A DNA stretch of 64,000 nucleotides from Squalus acanthias (Eukaryota), in NCBI GenBank assembly GCA_030390025.1, contig CM059432.1, positions 36,148,001 through 36,212,000 on the forward strand. The letters run 5' to 3'. How positions within the stretch are numbered: position 1 is the first letter of the stretch; each line of letters opens with the position of its first letter. Position numbers and translations under genes: made by a program. Shown here one piece after another: positions 56,741 through 64,000 of the stretch. Under the pieces are notes generated by a model. That model saw only the letters and a program-made list of their open reading frames with translations, made no database searches and had not been told where the DNA came from.

Positions 56741-58254
56741 GTGAGTACACCTCCCCCCATCAGCAAGGGGCCTGATCTGTATCTTTCACTGTAAGATTCA
56801 AAGCGGTACTGACTTGATGAAAAAACAAAATCTTTGACAAGGGAAAAACTGCAGCAAATGGAGAAATTCGTCATGTAAAGCATCTGAAAAGAAAAATAAT
56901 GAAGGCTTCAGGTAGAGACCCTTCCTTTTGGGTGAGATGCTTCCTTTCAGGGGTTGCAGAGGTGGGGAGGGGCAAGACCACAGAGAGACTTGTAGATGAG
57001 GACAAGGATTTTGAAGTCGATGGCAGGAGCAGAACTCAGTGTGGGATAGTTTGTAGACAGCAGAATTCTAGGCAAGCTGCAGTTTTACACTGTGGTGGTT
57101 ATGGTGCTGGACTAGCAGTTCAGAAGTTCAAATTCCACCATAGCGAGTTGTGAAACTGAATTCAACAAATTTCGTAACTTGTATCATGCAGCCAGGATGG
57201 TAGAAGGTGAACTAGATGGATCTTGTTTTTTTTTTCATTTAGTAATTCCTAGGGTTAGGTTGATTTGGCTATGATAAATTGGCCCTTAGTGTTAGGGGGG
57301 GATTAAATATGTGGGGTTACAGGGATAGGGTGGGATATGTGTCGGTGCAGGCTCGATGGGGATTCTGTGTGAGAAAGCAGGGACAGGGTACTGGATTTGG
57401 ATGATCAGCCATGATCGTATTGAATGGTGGAGCAGGCTCGACGGGCCGAATGGCCTACTCCTGCTCCTAGTTTCTATGTTTCTATGTTTCTATGTTGTGG
57501 GCTGGCACCAGAGAAATTACCATAAAAGCTGTCGGATTGTTGTGAAAACCCAACTGGCTCACTCACTAATGTCCTTCAGGGAAGGGAACCTGCCACTCCT
57601 ACCCGGTCAGGCCTACATGTGACTCCAGTCTGATTCTACCTCATTGACTCTTAATGCCCTCTGACGTGGCCTATCAAGCCACTCACTTGCAAAACCATTG
57701 CTGCTATTCAACAAGAAGGTCCCCCATAACTTTCTCAAAGAAACTAGGCAATAAATGGGACTTTGCCATGATTGCCCTCATATCTAAGAACAAATTTTTA
57801 AAAATTAAAATTACAGTTGCAGGTGGAGGCAAGATTAGGGGAACGTTGGGATAGTTGTGCCTGGAGATAGAGAGCTGTGGATAAGGGTTTCAACAGAAGT
57901 AGGGATGAAGTATGGGCAGAATGGGCAGAAATTGCAGAGGTGGAAATTAGGACTATTGCTGTGCTTATAATGTGAGGTTTGAGTTTGAAGATAAGCTCAG
58001 CCTTGAATAGGACATTGAGAAAGTGGAATGCTAAAGCAGTACTAAGTATCTATTGATGTCCATTGCTCCTCCTATGAGTTACCTTGGGATGTTTTGTTGC
58101 ATTAAAGGTCTGATTGAACATGTGACAAGGCCTATAATCATAGAATCATAGAATGGTTACGGCACAGAAGGAGGCCATTCGGCCCATCGAGTCCATTCCG
58201 GCTCTCTGTAAGAGCACTTCAGCTAATCCCACTCCCCCGCCCTTTCCCCGTAGC

Positions 58255-58558
58255 CCTGCCTAGAAGTATTTGATGGGTCAGTGTAGAGGGAGCTTTATTC
58301 TGTATCTAATTCGTGCTATGCCTGTTCTGGGAGTGTTTGATGGAGCAATGTAGAGGGAGCTTTACTCTGTATCTAACCTGTGCTGTACCTGCTCTAGGAG
58401 TGTTTGACAGGACAGTGAAGAGGGAGCTTTATTCTGTATCTAACTCATACTGTACCTACCCTTAAAGTATTTGTTGGGGCAGTGTAGGGGGAGCATTACT
58501 CTGTATCTAACTCGTACTGTAACTGCCCTGAGAATGTTTGATGGGACAGTGTGGAGAG
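58255..58558 (+). repeat. 67-bp tandem repeat, ~4.5 diverged copies
   Basis: GTGTAGAGGGAGCTTTA.TCTGTATCTAA unit starts at 58281, 58348, 58415, 58482 and (partial) 58549. Confidence 0.92.
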
Positions 58559-59136
58559 AGGACAGGTGACCAAAAGCCTGGCCAAAGAGGTAGGTTTTAA
58601 GGAGCGTCTTAAAGGAGGACAGAGAGGTAAAGAGGCAGAGAGGCTTATGGAGGGAATTCCATAGCCTAGGGCCCAGCAGCTGAGTTAGGTCAAAACAGTT
58701 CACAAACTAATTACAAATTCAGACACATAGGTGGGAGAGAGAAATGATTTGAAGTCTGTATTAAAGTTGAACTCCCTGTGGTGAAAGATTTTGCAATCAT
58801 ATCGCGCCTTTCACATCTTCAGGTCATCCCAAAGTGCTTTACAGCCAATTAATTACTTTTCTGAAGACCAGTCACTGTGTTTTTATATACAAATGCATCA
58901 ACCATTGTGTGTACAGCACAATCCAAAGCTTATTCCACACATTGATCACTTTTTATGTGAAGAAGAATTTCCTGACATCAGTCCAAAGATGACCTTTTAC
59001 AGGTTTGAATTGGTGTCCCCCTGCCTCAACTCTCGCAATTTAATTTAAAGTGATAATGCGAATTAGCCTTTTCAATTTGCTTAGCTATTTCATATACTTC
59101 TTTAAGATCACCTCCTTTCCAGGCTGTAAAGCCCAT

Positions 59137-59897
59137 GGGGTAAAAATTGAGTCGCGCCCCATTTGGGGCGCTAACCTCGCCGGGGCGCGACTTTTAGCGC
59201 CCCGAAAAAATTAGCGGCCCCGCGCCGGAACTTCAGTGGTTGCGCCCCAAGAGGGAAGCGGGGCGCAACTGGAAGCAGCCCGCATCCCTCTTGGGGCGCT
59301 GCGAGTGAATATCCTGGCGCTACGTGCCGCAGCGCCACGCGCTGCGGCACGTCGCGCCGCGGTATTGCAGGCCTTCCTCCCCTTCTTAAAGGGGAGGGAC
59401 CCTGCGCAGCGCGAACCGGGGCCCAGCTGGGCCCCCAGGGATCGGGAGTGCCGGCAAAAGAGCCCGGCACTCAAGAGAAGTGCCGGGCTCTTGGAGCGCA
59501 GCCGGCACTTCACGGTGGGGGGGCTTCACGGGGGCCGGGGGCAGGTGCTGGCAGGCGGCCAGCAACAAAAATGGCCGCCTGCCACCTCCGCTTTAAATAT
59601 CGCCGCCCCGGCCGCACGTACGCCTCCCTGAACCCGTCGGACATAGCGTCTGGCGGTAAATCAGGGGGCGCGACTGAAGATCACGGCCGGGGCGCGAGCG
59701 GGGTGCTGCGCACGGCGATGACGTCATCGCCGGCGGCGCAGCGCCACAGGACGCTACCGGCTGCCGCCGCCGCTAACCTCCCACTAAATTTTTCGGGAGG
59801 CGTGGGCGGCGCTGCGCCCGGGCGTTAGCTGCTTTACGCCCCATTAGCGCCCTCTTAAGGCGCTAACGGGAGGCGCAAGCAGCTGAATTTTTCCCCC
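59137..59897. mobile_element. Non-autonomous Harbinger-type element (761 bp) in myl3 intron 1
   Basis: TIRs GGGGTAAAAATTGAG / CTGAATTTTTCCCCC (13/15); 3-bp flanks CAT/CAA; GGCGCTAA motifs and three exact blocks shared with 40164-44268. Confidence 0.82.
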
Positions 59898-60296
59898 CAA
59901 GTCTCTCCAGCATTTCCTCATAACTCAGACCTCTGACACTGGGGGGGTCAACTCGTGGATTCTCTCTGCACCACTTGAGTAATGAGTATCCCTTTGTTTC
60001 TTGTCGGACCCACTTCCCATAAAGTTGGCCTTGACAGGCCTAAAAGGAGGGAGGCACCACAAGGAAAATGATTACAAGATAAATTGGGGAGAGGGGGTTA
60101 TGGCACACAGAGGTCATCTGAGTGTCAGACCCCAGAAATCCAATCAGAAAGGTAAAAAGGGCTTGTGATGTGACAGCTGGGAGGTAGTGAACTCGCACTA
60201 GCAGACTAATTATCTCCCTGCGACATTCATTGCTCACTATTTACACTTGGGTTAGGTCCTGTTGCTCTTTTCTATACTTTTTTTTAAGCTGTCAAC

Positions 60297-60755
60297 CATG
60301 ACTCAATGACAGCACTCTTGCCTCTGAGTCAGAAGGTCAGGGGTTCGAGCCCCATTACAGAGGTTTGAGCACAAAACCTAGACTGACATTTGAGTGCAGT
60401 ACTGAGGGACTGCTGCACTGTCAGAGGTGCCACCTTTAGGATGAGCCGTTAAACTGATGCATTCTCTGTCTTCTCAGATGGACATAATAGATTCCATAGC
60501 ATTATTTGACAAAGAGCAGGGGAGTTCTCCCCATGTCCTAGCCAACATTTATCCCTCAACCAACATCACCAAAATGGATTATTTGGTCATTTATCTCATT
60601 GGTGTTTGTGCGAACTTGCTGTAAGCAAATTGGCTGCCATGCTTCCCCACATTACAGCATTAACTACACTTCAAAAAGTACTCCATTGGCTGTAAAGCGC
60701 TCTAGGATATCCTGAGGTCGTGAAAGGTGCTATATAAGTGCAAGTTCTTTCTTTC
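60297..60755 (+). mobile_element. Deu-domain SINE copy
   Basis: B box GGTTCGAGCC, central domain and L2-type tail as in the other copies. Confidence 0.78.
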
Positions 60756-61146
60756 TTTCCGATTTTTATTGCTCCACCATTGGTAGCTGTGCCTTCATCT
60801 GCTTAGGCCCTAAGCTCTGAAATTCCCTCCCACCTCTCCATCTTTCTACCGCTCTCTCCTTTAAGATGCTCCTTAAAACCTACCTCTCACCTATCATAAT
60901 ATCTCCTTATGTGGCTCGGTGTCAAATTTTGTTTGATAATGCTCCTGTGAAGTGCCTTGGGATGTTTTTCTACATTAGAAGGCGCTATATAAGTGCAAAT
61001 TGTTGTTGTTGTTGTTATTAATCAGGGACATAAATACCACTGTGCTACTGTGTCTCTTTTTCATTTTTAGAAAGCTTGATTTTTTTTTTGTAGAGGAGCA
61101 GGTTTGGTAAAATTTCCACCTGACACAAGTATTCTTTTCTTTCCAG

Positions 61147-61174
61147 GTTGAATTCACTGCCGATCAGCTTGAAG
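61147..61174 (+). CDS. myl3: Myosin essential light chain exon 2 (28 nt)
   Basis: ttctttccag|GTTGAATTCACTGCCGATCAGCTTGAAG|gtgagg = VEFTADQLE plus 1 nt; phases fit exons 1 and 3. Confidence 0.88.
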
Positions 61175-61319
61175 GTGAGGGTGCAGACACGACTGACACT
61201 GCATGATCTCAGCTTTGTTACATGAGAAAATAAATAACATGAGGCTGCTCTAATGAATAGGTGGGGTGAGAGCAGTACTGAAGTCCCAGGATCCAGACCT
61301 GGTCTGTGTTGAGTTAAAA

Positions 61320-61738
61320 TACATTTATATAGCACCTTTCATGACTTCAGGACATCAAATTACATTTTTAAGTGTAGTCACTGTTGTAATGTAGGGAAAC
61401 GTGGCAGACAACTTTTACACAGTAAGCTCACACAAACAGCAATGAGATAAATGACCAATTAAACTGTTTTGGTGGCGTTAGTTGAGGGATAGATGTTGGC
61501 CAAACACGAGGAGAACTCCCCTGTTCTTCTTTGAATAATGTCGTGGAAACTTTTATGTCCACCTGAGAGGGCAGACAGGGCCTCGGTTTAACGTCTCATT
61601 CGAAAGACCGCACCTCCGACAGTGCAGCATTCCATCAGTACTGCACTCAGTCTAGATTATGTACTCAAGTCCTGAAATGGGGCTTGAACCCACAGCCTTC
61701 TGACTCAGAGGCAAGTGCTATCACTGAACCAAGGATGA
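61320..61738 (-). mobile_element. Deu-domain SINE copy (antisense)
   Basis: Reverse complement of the SINE; more degraded antisense copies at ~55780-56120 and ~31970-32290. Confidence 0.75.
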
Positions 61739-62748
61739 CCCCTCTGTTAGTTGATCCCAGTAGCAGTTGGATCACTACCTGTTGGCCTCAGTGCCTACAG
61801 GCCTATGAAAGAAAAATTAGCCAGGGATTCCACTCCTAATCATTATCCAGTAGGAAAGTAGGGGTGTCAGACAAGAAGACGATTGGGCTTGACTGTGAAG
61901 CCCACCCACTGTTAAAAAGTCTGCTGGCACTCATTGTCTAGGGTCACACATGAAGGTTGGCCACTTGGGTGAGGTGCTGAAGGGCTGCTGAACAAGGGTC
62001 CCCTAGCTAGAGTCAGCACCTTCGGTGTGAGAGGAGGGAACAAATTGTAGAAAAAAAGGAGTGAGATGCTGTTTTGCCATCAACCTTTTTACTATTACCC
62101 CTCTCCACTCTGTTTTTCCTTGCTTGTCTCTTCTGCTACAGGAATGGTGCGGGCTGGGGTGGGGGGGTTGGTAGGGGTATGAGGGGGGTAACGTTAAAAA
62201 GGCCCAAACCATCAAAGCAGCCTCAGTCACTGCCCCAGTCAGCCGAGAGTCATGCTATGGAAAGCCCTGGAGCCTGAACTCCTTCTATACCTAGTTTGGG
62301 ACAGCCATAGTCAGACACAATGGGAGCAATTTTCAACTGCCAGCAGTTTCCCACCTGAAAAATGGAGGGTGGCAGAGGGTAGCAGATGAAAATCAAGGGG
62401 GAAGCACCACAGCCACCCCAATGACGCCCAATGTTCAGGCAGAAGGCTGCTTAAATATTCAAATCAATGTGCTCCGCTGGTTGTAGGACCCCATTTGCAG
62501 CTTTCAGGTACAAATGCACAGAGCTATTTTTCCACCGTCTCCACTGGTAACCATGTGCATTTCAGAGCGTCTCAGATTAGAGCAGGCACAGCCACATCTA
62601 CCTCTGTGCCTTCCACCTGCCCCACAAACACCGATACAACATACAGACATAGGCACACAGACCAGACCTACCAAGTCTCTGATTCAGTTGGAGTGAGACT
62701 CACTCACTTTGGGTCTAATAAAGTTTCCTATTTTGGCATGTCTTATTA

Positions 62749-63258
62749 CATAGAATTACATAGAATATACAGCACAGAAACAGGCCATTCGGCCCAACCA
62801 GTCCATGCCAGTGTTTGTGCTCTACTCGAGCCTCCTCCCATCCTTCCTCATCTAATTCTATCAGCATAACCCTCTATTCCCTTCTCCCTCATATGCTTAT
62901 CTAGCTTCCCTTTAAATCCATCTTTACTATTCGCCTCAACTACTTCCTGTGGTAGCAAGTTCCACATTCTCACCACTCTCTGGGTAAAGAAGTTTCTTCT
63001 GAATTCCCTATTTGATTTCTTGGTGACTATCTTATATCGATGACCTCTAGTTTTCCTCTTCCCCACTAGTGGAAACACTCTCTCTGTATCTACTCTATCA
63101 AAACTTTCATAATTTTAAAGACCTCTATTAGGTCACCCCTCAGCCTTCTCTTTTCAAGAGAATAGAGACCCAGCCTATTCATCCTTTCCTGATAGGTATA
63201 ACCTTGCTTGCAGTCCTTGTAAATCTTTTTTGCACCCTCTCCAGTACCTCTATATCCT
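62749..63258 (-). mobile_element. CR1 3' fragment
   Basis: ORF 62848-63078 TRGH...RRNFFTQRVV; CATAGAAT tail repeats at 62749. Confidence 0.82.
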
Positions 63259-63573
63259 TATTCTTGAAATTGAACATTGTCAGCAGTGCTGGTGCAAGTC
63301 AACCCCTAATCTAAGTGGGTCACTAGTCTGAGCCAGTCAACAAGAAGCATGTGACAATAGTCTGGGGTGGGGGACAATTTTGACACCAATTTTCCTTCCC
63401 CGCCCCCCCACCCCTCGCCACCCTGAAGGAAAATTACCTTTGATTCAGCAGCATCCTGCACCAGCATGACTAAAATCAGTAACTCAGTGGGGTGAGGGAA
63501 ATCACTAGCGTAGCACAGAATGTCCGTGCCTCCACAAGGCATGTTGCTCTTCTCTGATTGTTTTTTCTTTCAG

Positions 63574-63723
63574 ATTTCAAGGAGGCATTCATGCTGTTTG
63601 ACAGAACGCCCACCTCAGAGATGAAGATCACTTATGCCCAGTGTGGTGATGTCATGCGCGCTCTGGGTCAGAACCCAACCAATGCAGAGGTTTTGAAGGT
63701 CTTAGGAAGACCCAAACAAGAAG
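63574..63723 (+). CDS. myl3: Myosin essential light chain exon 3 (150 nt, EF-hand 1)
   Basis: ttctttcag|AT...; [50 protein letters not shown]; donor GTAAGT at 63724. Confidence 0.92.
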
Positions 63724-64000
63724 GTAAGTGTTTGAAAGAAAGACACAGACAGATGAAAAGCAGAATAACTCTGTCTGGTGAAAGAACAAGGATGGGGCCA
63801 TTAGATTCCCCCTTTTTGGGGGAACAGTGTGGTGTAGTTCTTTTTAATTCATTCTTGGGATGTGGATGTGGATGTGGATGTCACTGGCAAGGCCGGCATT
63901 TATTGTCCATCCCTAGTTACCCTTGAGAAGGTGATATGGGCCTTTTTCCTGAATTGCTGCAGTCCGTGTGGTGAAGGCGCTCCCACAATGCTGTTCAGTA

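Noticed and set aside
56458..56883. 141-aa minus-strand ORF over myl3 exon 1
   Set aside because: Antisense shadow of the Lys/Glu/Pro-rich exon; the same applies to the many antisense ORFs over CR1 copies and klhl18
58255..58558. Regularly spaced repeats resembling a CRISPR array
   Set aside because: The whole 67-bp unit repeats with no unique spacers, there are no cas genes, and the context is eukaryotic

Overview
Vertebrate genomic DNA, most likely from a cartilaginous fish (inferred from the repeat landscape: very abundant CR1 LINEs and Deu-domain SINEs). Only two host genes are supported, both on the + strand: the last coding exon of klhl18 (769-1155) and the promoter plus exons 1-3 of a cardiac/slow myosin essential light chain, most likely myl3 (56633-63723). 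The ~55 kb between them is mostly nested transposons: near full-length CR1s with an esterase ORF1, a second LINE family, an RTE with a ~320-bp flanking duplication, Penelope-like pieces carrying three minimal hammerhead ribozyme motifs, a two-gene PIF/Harbinger element with related MITEs, a hAT-type MITE and a probable solo LTR. The most unusual object is a very young, intact Ty3/Gypsy element (26272-30734; identical 194-bp LTRs, 5-bp TSD, one 1310-aa gag-pol ORF). It has no tRNA primer-binding site; the 11 nt at the PBS position are instead exactly complementary to an 11-mer in its own LTR that contains the ATTAAA poly(A) signal, suggesting Tf1-like self-priming in an element without a chromodomain. 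Its RT active site reads YLDN, and its PPT plus LTR start is duplicated. All calls were made by eye with no database search; boundaries of old repeats are approximate.
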